A DNA stretch of 64,000 nucleotides from an uncultured virus (IMG/VR IMGVR_UViG_2841629896_000001) (taxonomy: Duplodnaviria > Heunggongvirae > Uroviricota > Caudoviricetes): IMG/VR virus record IMGVR_UViG_2841629896_000001; one strand, given 5' to 3'. A program made the position numbers and the translations under genes. A model generated the notes under the pieces. The model searched no databases. It had not been told where the DNA came from and saw only the letters and a list, made by a program, of their open reading frames with translations. Shown piece after piece: positions 8,122-17,310 of the stretch (its first letter is position 1; each line of letters starts with the position of its first letter).

Positions 8122-10257
8122 TTAATCCGAAAGGCTAGAGGCTATAGCCAAGCGTTGCTGTTTGGCATAGCGTTCAAGGGCTTGGTTAACGGCGGCGCGG
8201 ATTTCATCTTTAAGACCATTGGGGACGGAAATATTTAAATTTGAAATCATCACGCGGGCATCGATTTCTATCGGCTTATGAACGGTAATGGGCTTGGGAG
8301 CTTTGAGGGAACCCACTTTTGCATTTGGAGCTTCCATATGCCTTGTTTCAACGCCCCCTGTATTAAAACCACTCTTGCGTTTTTCAGGGGGGGTATTTGT
8401 AACCACGGCTGTATCAAGCATTCTTTTGACAGGGGCTTTGGTTTGATTGGTAAAGGTTTTAATGGTCTTCGTTGAAGTTTTGTCGATTGTAGCCTTAAAT
8501 TCTGATTTTTTTCCTCCAAAGCCAGGTATCCAACTGGTTAATTTTTGGGTCTGGTTGCTAAACCAGTCAGACAGAGCATTCCATTTGCTTTTTATGCCAT
8601 CCCATAATCCCCCAATCAGATTGGAGCCTGCTTCCATTAAATCGACACCGAACAGCCATTCAATGAGTTCATTGATTTTTTTCGAAATCCAAGAGAGTGG
8701 TGAAAAGTTTTTAAAGAGCGCCAAGAGGTTATTAAAAACATTACTACATAAGCTCGCAAAAGAATCCCATAACTTGCTTATAAAGCTTATGACTGTGTCC
8801 CAATTTTTATAAAGCAGATATCCAATTCCAATAAGGGCTGCAATGCCAGCCATTATCCAGCCAATAGGTGTGGTCATGATAGCAACACCAAGCGATATAA
8901 AAGCAGAACCAACGGCGGTTATTGCTGGAATAAGTGAAGTTACAAGAGATACCGCAAGACCCGCAACTGCGGAAGCAGCCGGGACCATTGCTGCAATGAA
9001 TGATCCGATAAGAATTGTTCCAACTACAGCTAAAGATGCTGCTATCCAGCCATTGAGTTTATCCCAATATTTATAGAGTACAGCAAGTGTTGCAATACCG
9101 CCAATGAGCCAACCGATAGGGGTGGTCATCATAGCATAGCCAAGGCTAACAAATGCGGCTCCCACGGCTGCTAATGCGGTAATGAGTGGACCAAAAATGA
9201 AGGAACCAAGAGCGACAAGTCCCACCTTGAAAAGAGTTATTTCACCAATCAGAGGTTCTAGCCATTGGAACCAGCCTTTAATCCTCTCTGTAAGATCACT
9301 GATGCCCTTTCTTAAATCTGAGGTAGGATTAAGCAAATCTTGGAAGACTTTTCTTAAGGTTTTAGCCCAGCTCGCAACGGTTGTTTGAATGAGGTCACGG
9401 TTTTCATCAATCAACTTTGAAAAACCGTCAACCATATCATTGATCACGGGCATAAAGCGTGCGCCAATAAAGCTCGCGATACCACCTATTTTTTTCTTAA
9501 AGGCACCAAGCTTATCACTTAAATCTGCGGCATAGCGTGCAACATCGGCACCTATCAGCCATTTTCCTTTTCTCGCCTTTGCAAACAGCTCTTTAATGGG
9601 TGCCATGCCTTGTGAGAGCATGGATGCCATCTCTTTACCATCTCCACCAAACAGTAAGGCAGCAATGTGCTGTCTTTGTGCTTGATTTTTCATCTTACTC
9701 ATCTTGTCGGTAATTTCTTCTAGTAAGAGAGAATTTGATTTGAGTTTGCCAGAAGCATTTTTGACAGAAATACCAAGCGCTTCAAAGCCCATCATGCCTC
9801 TTTTTTGTCCGGCATATGCTTGTGCCGAACGCCTATTTAAAACCGCTAAGGATTGTTGAAAAAGCTCGGCAGAAGTGCCTGAATTATCGGCTGCATCCCC
9901 CCATAATTGAAGTGATGCAACACTCATACCTAAATGGTGTGAGGCATGGTAAAGACTATCCCCCAGATGCATGGTTTTCATGGTGAGGGCGGTTACACTT
10001 GCCACAAGCCCCCCACCAGCAAGCCCTAAGACACCGGTAAAGACCGAAGCACGGCTTGCCGCTGTACCAAGAGCACTTTGAACACCATGAAGACTTTTTG
10101 TCATGTTTTTTACAGCAGCAGAAAAGCGCGGAATACCCAAACTATGGGATAATTTTTTTGACAACGTATCGAATTGCTTTTGTACACGTTTAAGAGGCGC
10201 GGTGAGTTCGTCTTCAAGAGACAATCTCACCTTTGCGTCGGCAACTTTTTCACTCAT
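8122..10257 (-). CDS. Tail tape measure protein
   Basis: 711 aa, Ala/Gly-rich helical, TTPIGW...YKNWD repeats; synteny. Confidence 0.88.
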   Translation of the reverse strand: MSEKVADAKVRLSLEDELTAPLKRVQKQFDTLSKKLSHSLGIPRFSAAVKNMTKSLHGVQSALGTAASRASVFTGVLGLAGGGLVASVTALTMKTMHLGDSLYHASHHLGMSVASLQLWGDAADNSGTSAELFQQSLAVLNRRSAQAYAGQKRGMMGFEALGISVKNASGKLKSNSLLLEEITDKMSKMKNQAQRQHIAALLFGGDGKEMASMLSQGMAPIKELFAKARKGKWLIGADVARYAADLSDKLGAFKKKIGGIASFIGARFMPVINDMVDGFSKLIDENRDLIQTTVASWAKTLRKVFQDLLNPTSDLRKGISDLTERIKGWFQWLEPLIGEITLFKVGLVALGSFIFGPLITALAAVGAAFVSLGYAMMTTPIGWLIGGIATLAVLYKYWDKLNGWIAASLAVVGTILIGSFIAAMVPAASAVAGLAVSLVTSLIPAITAVGSAFISLGVAIMTTPIGWIMAGIAALIGIGYLLYKNWDTVISFISKLWDSFASLCSNVFNNLLALFKNFSPLSWISKKINELIEWLFGVDLMEAGSNLIGGLWDGIKSKWNALSDWFSNQTQKLTSWIPGFGGKKSEFKATIDKTSTKTIKTFTNQTKAPVKRMLDTAVVTNTPPEKRKSGFNTGGVETRHMEAPNAKVGSLKAPKPITVHKPIEIDARVMISNLNISVPNGLKDEIRAAVNQALERYAKQQRLAIASSLSD

Positions 10258-10415
10258 TTTGTCTTATACCTTTCTGCTGCTTGTTTTCGCCAGAATATGA
10301 GTTCTTGTGGTTCCATTTCCATCATCTCTGAAAGGGACCAATGGAACACAATGGCGATATCGGCTATGAGTTTTGCGGCGGTTTCCCAGTCAAGGTATCC
10401 CGCCGTTTGATAAAA
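10254..10415 (-). CDS. GpE'-like extension in the -1 frame of the tail chaperone
   Basis: -1 frame reads ADIAIVFHWSLSEMMEMEPQELIFWRKQA; its stop overlaps the tape measure ATG. Confidence 0.75.
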   Translation of the reverse strand, partial: FYQTAGYLDWETAAKLIADIAIVFHWSLSEMMEMEPQELIFWRKQAAERYKTK

Positions 10416-10651
10416 GACTCCAAGATCTCTCCAATGCTTGACAAATCATTGATATCAAGTTCACTGATAGCTTCATGCGGCCATCCAGAAAGGCGTGCGA
10501 TCATAGCGATTGTTTGCTCTACACCTTCTTTTTTATCAATGGCTTGCAAATCTTTTGTTTTGGGGCGCTGTAAGGTAATTGTGGTGTGCTCTTTTCCTTC
10601 AAAGGTAATAGGGATAAGCAATTGATGGGTAACACTTTGTTGTATAGTCAT
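10364..10651 (-). CDS. Tail assembly chaperone (GpE-like)
   Basis: ITLQRPKTKDL; lies between tube and tape measure. Confidence 0.8.
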   Translation of the reverse strand: MTIQQSVTHQLLIPITFEGKEHTTITLQRPKTKDLQAIDKKEGVEQTIAMIARLSGWPHEAISELDINDLSSIGEILESFIKRRDTLTGKPPQNS

Positions 10652-10652
10652 T

Positions 10653-11159
10653 TTATAATCCTATGTTTTCTCTGTGGCCTGCGAGTTGATTGACGCCATT
10701 GAATTTTCTGATGAGGTTGAGAACGTCTATCTCAACGATTTCAACGTCTTTCTGGACATATTTGAAATATTGCAATGTGAATGTTGCTGTAGAAGTTGCT
10801 TTGCCTCCCGGTTGCCATTCTGCCATTTCAAAGCCTTTGCAAAGTCCTCTCATGGTCATGACAACACCTTCTGCGGGTGTGCCTTGTGCTTGCATTGAAC
10901 TGCGCAATGAGATGTCGACATCTGTGCGTCCCAACAGTGCCATTAATTCTGGAGAGCAATCAGAAATGGTCATGCTAAGCGTGAGGGTTTCAAGACCAAG
11001 ATCAACCTCAATGGAGCTATCCATGCCACCGCCGCGATAACTCTCAACGACCAAACTCAAATTCGGTAGGGTGACACTTTCACATTTTGCTTGATAGGGA
11101 ATGCCGTCGACAAAAATGTTAAAATATTTCAAAACTCTTGGTAATACGGGGACTGTCAT
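10653..11159 (-). CDS. Major tail tube protein (FII-like)
   Basis: VTLPNL...YRGGGMD...EIDVLN. Confidence 0.9.
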   Translation of the reverse strand: MTVPVLPRVLKYFNIFVDGIPYQAKCESVTLPNLSLVVESYRGGGMDSSIEVDLGLETLTLSMTISDCSPELMALLGRTDVDISLRSSMQAQGTPAEGVVMTMRGLCKGFEMAEWQPGGKATSTATFTLQYFKYVQKDVEIVEIDVLNLIRKFNGVNQLAGHRENIGL

Positions 11160-12370
11160 TAAAAGATCTCCTCTAGGTAATCATTGATGATTTGTGAACG
11201 GAACGTGATGTGTTCTGCGGGTGTTGTCGGGGTAAATTCCACATTGAAATAGACTCTGCCGCTTTCAATGGCGCTTGCTGTATTAAGCTCTAGATCAGGC
11301 GTACAGCGCCCACCAAGAATAGCGCCTTGTGCTTTCAAATCACGCAAATAAGCATTGACGCTTTCACTCACATCATGCATGTACGTTTTTTTGATATTGC
11401 GGTCGACAGCCCATAGGTGTCCGCGCAAAATAGCATCATTGATCATATCTGCGGTGCGCACCACGGATAAAAAAGCAAATTTTGTATCGCTTGAGAGTGT
11501 GCGATTGCCCCAGAGACGATAGCCATTTTCGCGAATAATGGTTGTGATGTTTTGTTCATTGAGAAGGTTGGCACGGCTTGATCTGTCACCAATGGAAAAA
11601 TCAATGGGGCGCGCAGTTCCCACAATTCCATTGATCACTTTATTAGAAGGGGAATGCCAAAAGCCATGAGTAAAATCATTTTTGGCAATGACACCAGCAA
11701 CCACTGCACTCGCGGGCTGTTCTATGATTTTGCCATCACGATTTATCTTTACAAACGGGTCAATGAGAATAGCGCGTTTTGAATCAAAATCCTTTGCTGT
11801 GCTAAGGGCTGCTTCATCTGTTGTGTTTGGAGCATCAAGCACCACAATAGCGCGCAAACGCTCTGCAATGCCAATCAGTTCTGCTGCGACGGGGTTGGCA
11901 GTCGCATCAGTTTCATCATTTTCAGTATTCACACTGGAAGGGCGTTGATGTGTAAAGCCTGGAGCAATCAGAATACGTGGTGTTTGTCCTACAATGGATT
12001 GTGCTCCAATGAAAGCATGAACGCCTTCATAAGCACCATTTGCGTTTACACCACCTAGAATATTGGTGAGTGTTGCATTTTCGTTGTCACCTTCTTGCAC
12101 ACGGATGACAACGACAATTGCTCCTACTTGTTTAAAAATGAGATCAAGGGCATTGGGTAATGTACCTTGACGCTTACCCGTTTTATCGAGTTTTGCGGCT
12201 TGTGAAAGAGAGCCTGCGACCAAAACCGGTGTGTTGAGGGGGAATGCTTGTTCATCAGCATCGGGTGCTGTGCCAACAATTCCGATAACGGCAGACTGAA
12301 CCGCACGAAGGGGGCGGGTGCCGTCGTCAACCTCAACGACTTCAACACCGTGTAAAAAACCTGTTGCCAT
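11159..12370 (-). CDS. Contractile tail sheath protein (FI-like)
   Basis: FLHGVEVVEV, PRILIAPGF, GFWHSPSN, GYRLWGNRT. Confidence 0.92.
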   Translation of the reverse strand: MATGFLHGVEVVEVDDGTRPLRAVQSAVIGIVGTAPDADEQAFPLNTPVLVAGSLSQAAKLDKTGKRQGTLPNALDLIFKQVGAIVVVIRVQEGDNENATLTNILGGVNANGAYEGVHAFIGAQSIVGQTPRILIAPGFTHQRPSSVNTENDETDATANPVAAELIGIAERLRAIVVLDAPNTTDEAALSTAKDFDSKRAILIDPFVKINRDGKIIEQPASAVVAGVIAKNDFTHGFWHSPSNKVINGIVGTARPIDFSIGDRSSRANLLNEQNITTIIRENGYRLWGNRTLSSDTKFAFLSVVRTADMINDAILRGHLWAVDRNIKKTYMHDVSESVNAYLRDLKAQGAILGGRCTPDLELNTASAIESGRVYFNVEFTPTTPAEHITFRSQIINDYLEEIF

Positions 12371-12476
12371 TTTATACTCCTTTAAAATATTGGTTAATGA
12401 AATGAATGGAAAAACGAAGGGGATGATTGCTGTGTTTGTTAAACTGGCATTACGATAAAAAATTATCGAAAATATC

Positions 12477-12751
12477 TTGACATTATTTCTGCAATGTGTA
12501 TTTTCAAATCAGGTGCCTGAAAAACGCCTTAAATACACAGCGGACAAACTACCGACATAGTTTATTTTCCGCACATTAAAGACTTTGACTCATTATATGC
12601 TACATGCGTATAATAGATTTGTCGGGTGTAGTTGCGCTATACAATACCCTTATGGGGAAAGCATAACGACGGACTGTGTACCGTGTTTTTCAGCACCCGG
12701 CACTCTTCTGGAGTGTCAATGAAAAACGTTTAATTACACAGGAGCCAAATC
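12477..12751 (+). promoter_or_regulatory. Tandem promoters with a1-b1 and a2-b2 target sites, cassette 2
   Basis: TTGACA 12477; TTGACT 12585-N18-TATAAT 12609; TGAAAAAC at 12518 and 12720; TACACAG at 12534 and 12735. Confidence 0.78.
12621..12701 (+). ncRNA. C4-like antisense RNA, copy 2 (b'=CUGUGUA, a'=GUUUUUCA)
   Basis: 3-way junction; loops are exact reverse complements of both flanking a/b pairs. Confidence 0.82.
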
Positions 12752-13510
12752 ATGGCGCAATATTTAATCGACATACACAAAGCTACGATTGATGGTGATA
12801 TCGTTCAGACCGTTAATGCACGTGAATTACATACATTTTTGGAAGTAGGTAAAAAGTTTGCGGATTGGATTACTGAACGTATCAACAAATATAATTTAGT
12901 AGAAAATCAAGACTTTGTTTGCTTCCCTATTTTGGGAAGCAAAGGCAGGGGTGGTCACAATCGTAAAGACTATCACCTTACCTTAAGCGTAGCTAAAGAG
13001 CTTTCTATGCTTGAAAATAATAAGAAAGGTAGAGAAGCTCGTTTATACTTTATCGAATGTGAAAGACGGTTAAAACAAGTAGCAACACCACAGATAGTCG
13101 CTCCACAAGTTGATTACTCCAAACCCGAAGCATTACTTGGTGTCTTAAATCATCTACAAAGACAAATCGAGAAGAAGGATAACACCATTGCTGAATTGAC
13201 TCCAAAAGCAGAGGCTTTAGAAGGCTTAAAACGTTCTGATGGTTTGTTTGGTCTTATCGAAGCAGCGAAGATGTTGGAGGTGCGACCAAAGGACTTAACC
13301 GATTACTTGCGTAAACATGATTGGGTCTATCGTCGTGCTCCAGGGGCGCCTTTGTTACCTTATCAGGATAAAATCAAAAAAGGCTTCATGGATTGCCCTG
13401 CTATCACCATTCAAAGACCGGATGGTACAGAAAAGGTACTCCCTTCAACGAAAATCACATCCAGAGGATTGGCATGTTTGAGAGAGCAAATCCATGGAGG
13501 TGTACAATGA
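12752..13510 (+). CDS. Antirepressor-like protein AntA/AntB plus KilAC, cassette 2
   Basis: VNARELHTFLEV; C-domain nearly identical to other cassettes. Confidence 0.88.
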   Translation: MAQYLIDIHKATIDGDIVQTVNARELHTFLEVGKKFADWITERINKYNLVENQDFVCFPILGSKGRGGHNRKDYHLTLSVAKELSMLENNKKGREARLYFIECERRLKQVATPQIVAPQVDYSKPEALLGVLNHLQRQIEKKDNTIAELTPKAEALEGLKRSDGLFGLIEAAKMLEVRPKDLTDYLRKHDWVYRRAPGAPLLPYQDKIKKGFMDCPAITIQRPDGTEKVLPSTKITSRGLACLREQIHGGVQ

Positions 13511-13785
13511 AGATAGATACCAACTTCTTGTGCGATTTATGGATGGCATTATCTCAATTTTCTAGACATGGAAATATGAATGATAAAGATTGTACAGCTC
13601 TGGTTGATACTATGAGTGTCATAGAAAAAGCTTTGATTTTAAAACTACAAGATGAGATGCCAAGTATGCTTAAAATCTTAACAGTTCTAACAGATTTCGG
13701 AGATTCAGAATTACCGCATAGCATGGATTCTTTATTGCGCGCTTACGAACCAAATTTCGAGAGCCCCATTAAAAAAGTTGCTTAA
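13507..13785 (+). CDS. Conserved 92-aa protein coupled to ant, copy 2
   Basis: ATGA overlap; MKIDTNFLCDLW. Confidence 0.8.
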   Translation: MKIDTNFLCDLWMALSQFSRHGNMNDKDCTALVDTMSVIEKALILKLQDEMPSMLKILTVLTDFGDSELPHSMDSLLRAYEPNFESPIKKVA

Positions 13786-13802
13786 GTAAAAAACATGACT
13801 CA

Positions 13803-13827
13803 TCTCCCCGTCTTTAGGGCGGGGAGA
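13803..13827. terminator. Hairpin between cassette 2 and higA
   Basis: tctccccgtc-tttag-ggcggggaga. Confidence 0.55.
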
Positions 13828-13830
13828 AGG

Positions 13831-14172
13831 TTACGAATGGCTATGTTCCATTTGCGCATTCATTTCTCTAGCTGTTAGTGTTGGAACTTTGCTAACATCT
13901 GTTTCCCGTTCTGCATGCCAAGCATCATAATTGGCTTGCATACGTAACCATATGGCAGCTCCATCACCAAACATTTTTCCAAGGCAAGCAGAAATAGCAG
14001 GAGAAACAGGCTTTTTTGCCTTCAGGATATCATAAAGATGTTGGCGTGATATACCGAGCATCTGTGCAATTTCTAATTTTGTTTTGCCTGTCTCAGGAAT
14101 AATATCTGCTAAAACTTTTCCTGGATGAGTAGGGCAGCGGTTTTTATCTCTTTGTGCAGGAATGTCATTCAT
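13831..14172 (-). CDS. higA: HigA family antitoxin
   Basis: PTHPGKVL...WLRMQANYD; start reassigned to 14172. Confidence 0.88.
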   Translation of the reverse strand: MNDIPAQRDKNRCPTHPGKVLADIIPETGKTKLEIAQMLGISRQHLYDILKAKKPVSPAISACLGKMFGDGAAIWLRMQANYDAWHAERETDVSKVPTLTAREMNAQMEHSHS

Positions 14173-14182
14173 AACTGTATCC

Positions 14183-14461
14183 TTAGTGATATTGTTCAAG
14201 ATCAACACGGTAAGCATTACATGAGTCAAATTCAAAAGTAATACACCATGGTCCGTTAACGTGGACAGTGTAACGAGTGGGTGAATATCCAATCAAAGAA
14301 TGAAAGTTAAATCCTGGAAGATTCATATCTTCTGGTTTTTCAGAAAAATCTAAACGATCAAGGCGAACCATGATACGTTTTACAAGTCTCTTATCAATCT
14401 TGGATGAATTTCCCGTTTTGAATAATTCTGCCAATGTTTTGCTTTTAAACGTTTTAATCAT
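14183..14461 (-). CDS. higB: HigB family toxin
   Basis: MIKTFKSKTL...PGFNFHSL...VNGPWCITF...DLEQYH. Confidence 0.88.
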   Translation of the reverse strand: MIKTFKSKTLAELFKTGNSSKIDKRLVKRIMVRLDRLDFSEKPEDMNLPGFNFHSLIGYSPTRYTVHVNGPWCITFEFDSCNAYRVDLEQYH

Positions 14462-14655
14462 TCCTTTATATAGCGTGAAAGACTATAAATGTCAACAAAT
14501 AGCTTACATTGCATGTGCTAAAAAAGCCCTATCTCTTAAGTTTTTTTATTTAAGGTGGGGGGAGAAGATCAAATTTTGATACTAGATTTTCAGAAATTCG
14601 CTTAAGGGTCTTCAAAGGTCATTTAAAGACCCTTTAATATATATTATTTTTCGTT

Positions 14656-15480
14656 TTAGAACTCACAATTGGTGATGATAAGCTCTTTAGCGGGAATTGC
14701 ATTATTTGAGGCGTTACACGAATAAAACGTGTTTATTTTTTTTAAGGTAAATTGACTGAAGGTTTTTCGAACTTCTGGCACATCATTGAGAGACAAAAGA
14801 AACTTCCCTTTTAATTGTGCGAGCAGTATAGCCATCCTCTGATAATCCTCCCGCTTAAACAAATCTTTTCCGTAATAATCCTCAACACCCCAATAAGGCG
14901 GGTCGAGGTAAAACAAGGTGTTTGGACGATCATAACGCACAATAAAATCAGTCCAGTCTAAATGTTCAATGGTAACACCCGCTAAACGGCGATAAATAAG
15001 CTTTAATAAGTCCTCAAGTTTCAAAGCATTAAACCGGGCACCACGGTCTGTTTCAACTCCAAACGTACGATTGGCGACCTGACCACTAAAGCTTAACCGC
15101 TGTAAATATAAAAACCTTGAAGCCCGTTCTAAATCCGTAAGCGTTTCTGGATTTTGTGACCGTAATCGTTGAAATTCCTCACGGCTGCTTATTTGAAACT
15201 CCAAAAACTCTATAAACGGGTGATAATGGCGTTGTAACACCCGAAAAAAATTCACCACATCTCCTAAACGGTCATTAATAATTTCAGTAGGGGGTATCAA
15301 TTTTCTCCTAAAGAATATTCCACCCATTCCAACGAAAGGTTCGGCATAAATGCTATGAGGGATGTCTTCGATAATTTTGATAATGGTTTTGGCTAATCTT
15401 CTTTTGCCTCCAATATAAGCAGCAGCTGGTGAGATAGGATCAACAGATTTTAATTTTTCTTTACAAAGTGTATCCATCAT
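14656..15480 (-). CDS. D12/Dam-family DNA adenine methyltransferase
   Basis: YIGGKRRLA, EPFVGMG, FYLDPPY. Confidence 0.9.
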   Translation of the reverse strand: MMDTLCKEKLKSVDPISPAAAYIGGKRRLAKTIIKIIEDIPHSIYAEPFVGMGGIFFRRKLIPPTEIINDRLGDVVNFFRVLQRHYHPFIEFLEFQISSREEFQRLRSQNPETLTDLERASRFLYLQRLSFSGQVANRTFGVETDRGARFNALKLEDLLKLIYRRLAGVTIEHLDWTDFIVRYDRPNTLFYLDPPYWGVEDYYGKDLFKREDYQRMAILLAQLKGKFLLSLNDVPEVRKTFSQFTLKKINTFYSCNASNNAIPAKELIITNCEF

Positions 15481-15505
15481 TTTTTAACACTCTTCCATCT
15501 ATATT

Positions 15506-15618
15506 AGCCATCTTCTCACTGTTTCCAAGTGAGAAGAAGTGGCTGCGATGTTAAGTTGTGTTACATCGAACGGGTTTGTCGCTAAACTTCTCCCGTTGGC
15601 TGGACAACCAGCCCAGCC
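15506..15618 (-). other. Four abutting hairpins upstream of the methylase (candidate structured RNA leader)
   Basis: Inverted repeats at 15506-15544, 15546-15568, 15569-15597, 15598-15618. Confidence 0.55.
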
Positions 15619-15970
15619 TCTATTTTTTGTTCCGTTCTCCTTGTTTTTGAGTTTTTAGGATAATTTCTGTGGTGTCCCCGCTATGTTTTCTCATAGCGAT
15701 AGGTTATTAGAGCGGCTTGCCAAGAGCCGTTAATCTCTTTACAAAACTTTTGGAATAGAAGAGGTGGCACGCCGTGATTTCGGGGTTTCTTCTAAAAATA
15801 AAGAATGATTTTGCTATAGCGCGGATAGACTATTTACTTTTGTTACCATTTTGCTCTCCAAATCAATGGAGAGACCATAACAACAAGAGCTCCCTTTCAT
15901 AAGTCTGACACTGTCAGTCAAAAAAAACCTTTAAAAGGGCTTTGAAAGATCAATAAAAAGCTTTAAAAAC

Positions 15971-17296
15971 TTATACAAAAACCTTTAATTTAACTGCACC
16001 ATCTCCACCCCGTCCAGCACCACTTGCTGTTCCATCCTCGCCATCTCGATACCCGCCGCCACCGCCACCGCCTTTGCCTAATTCAGCGCCGTTTCCTCCA
16101 TTGCCACCATACTGGCTTTTTCCACCATTCCCTCCATTATTAGGTACACGACCATCACCTCCACTACCACCTCCACCTGCACCACCATAGCTACTATCCC
16201 CCCCATTGCCACCACGACCATTATTGGTACCACCGCCACCGCCTCCTCCTCCATGCCATGCATGGCTTTTTCCTGAAAAACCACTCTCGTTGTTGGACAT
16301 AGAGCCACTACCACCTGAAACACCACCGCCACTATTCCCACCAATATAACCGTTATTTCCCTTGCCCCCGCGAGCTGTAAGAACAGACCCCACTAATGTA
16401 TTGCCACCATTAGCACCATCTCCATATCCGCCTTTTCCTATCGTTATCACGTCATTATTCTGCAATTGGCGTTTTTGAATTTTTAGAGTAACACATTCAC
16501 CGCCACCACCACCTCCACGTTGACCACCGCTACCGCCAGCTCCCCAAGCCGTAATTTCAATTTCCGTATCATCTGAGACACCGTCAGGCCAGGGAATATT
16601 GCCACTCTGCAGCATGGTAATTTCAACGTATTCTTCTTTACGTTTTTTGATTAAAGAATCTAATAAAGCATCTACTTGCGCTTTCGTATAAACAAGATCA
16701 CCATCGACCCTCAAAGGTCCTTTTAATGTGCTTCCATTTGTGCTTAAACTTGTCACCGTTTCACCATTATGAATAAGGCTAAACGGCGAATTACCCAAAA
16801 GTTCTAAGCCACCACTCATTGTGACTTTGCTGGTAAATTTATTATAACTTTGCCATTCATTGGGGCTTGTAAGGCGACCGTAGCTTGTGAGATCTTGATT
16901 GATCTTGGCTCTAAAATCATCAAGCCCCACGATATCTTCGGTTTTATGTTGGTGCGCACCTAACAGTGAGACAGCACTGCCAAAAGTAAAATTATTGTTA
17001 CTTGATTTGTAGAGCACATAATTGTTGGCGGCATCTTTGGCGCCCTCGATATCGCTTAAATCGGCAAAAGTGAAGGTTTTATCCGCTGCCATCTTGCCAT
17101 TGAGGACACTTTCTAGATCTGTGATTTCACTTATGGTATGCGTGTGGTGCAAAGGCGCTTTTTCGTCTACCTTTTCCTCAACAACCACAAGCGCTTGATC
17201 AAGTTTATTGAGGTTTTCGCGCAAGATTGGGAATTCAGAACTGATAAAACGCCCTTCTTGTGGCAATTCCATGTCGAGTTTTTTGGTTTTAGTCAT
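15971..17296 (-). CDS. Tail fibre-like protein with glycine-rich C-terminus
   Basis: HHTHTISEITDL motif; WGAGGSGG then Gly-rich tract; follows baseplate genes. Confidence 0.75.
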   Translation of the reverse strand: MTKTKKLDMELPQEGRFISSEFPILRENLNKLDQALVVVEEKVDEKAPLHHTHTISEITDLESVLNGKMAADKTFTFADLSDIEGAKDAANNYVLYKSSNNNFTFGSAVSLLGAHQHKTEDIVGLDDFRAKINQDLTSYGRLTSPNEWQSYNKFTSKVTMSGGLELLGNSPFSLIHNGETVTSLSTNGSTLKGPLRVDGDLVYTKAQVDALLDSLIKKRKEEYVEITMLQSGNIPWPDGVSDDTEIEITAWGAGGSGGQRGGGGGGECVTLKIQKRQLQNNDVITIGKGGYGDGANGGNTLVGSVLTARGGKGNNGYIGGNSGGGVSGGSGSMSNNESGFSGKSHAWHGGGGGGGGTNNGRGGNGGDSSYGGAGGGGSGGDGRVPNNGGNGGKSQYGGNGGNGAELGKGGGGGGGYRDGEDGTASGAGRGGDGAVKLKVFV

Positions 17297-17310
17297 CTCT
17301 TATTCTCCCC

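Noticed and set aside
8800..9200. Internal repeat in tape measure protein (TTPIGW...YK.WD x2)
   Set aside because: Ordinary feature of tape measure proteins
15630..15920. Possible decayed small gene after the tail fibre and palindrome CTGACACTGTCAG
   Set aside because: SD and ATG present but early stops and no recognisable product; palindrome seen once only
15971..16560. GC-rich low-complexity tract
   Set aside because: Explained by glycine codons of the tail fibre
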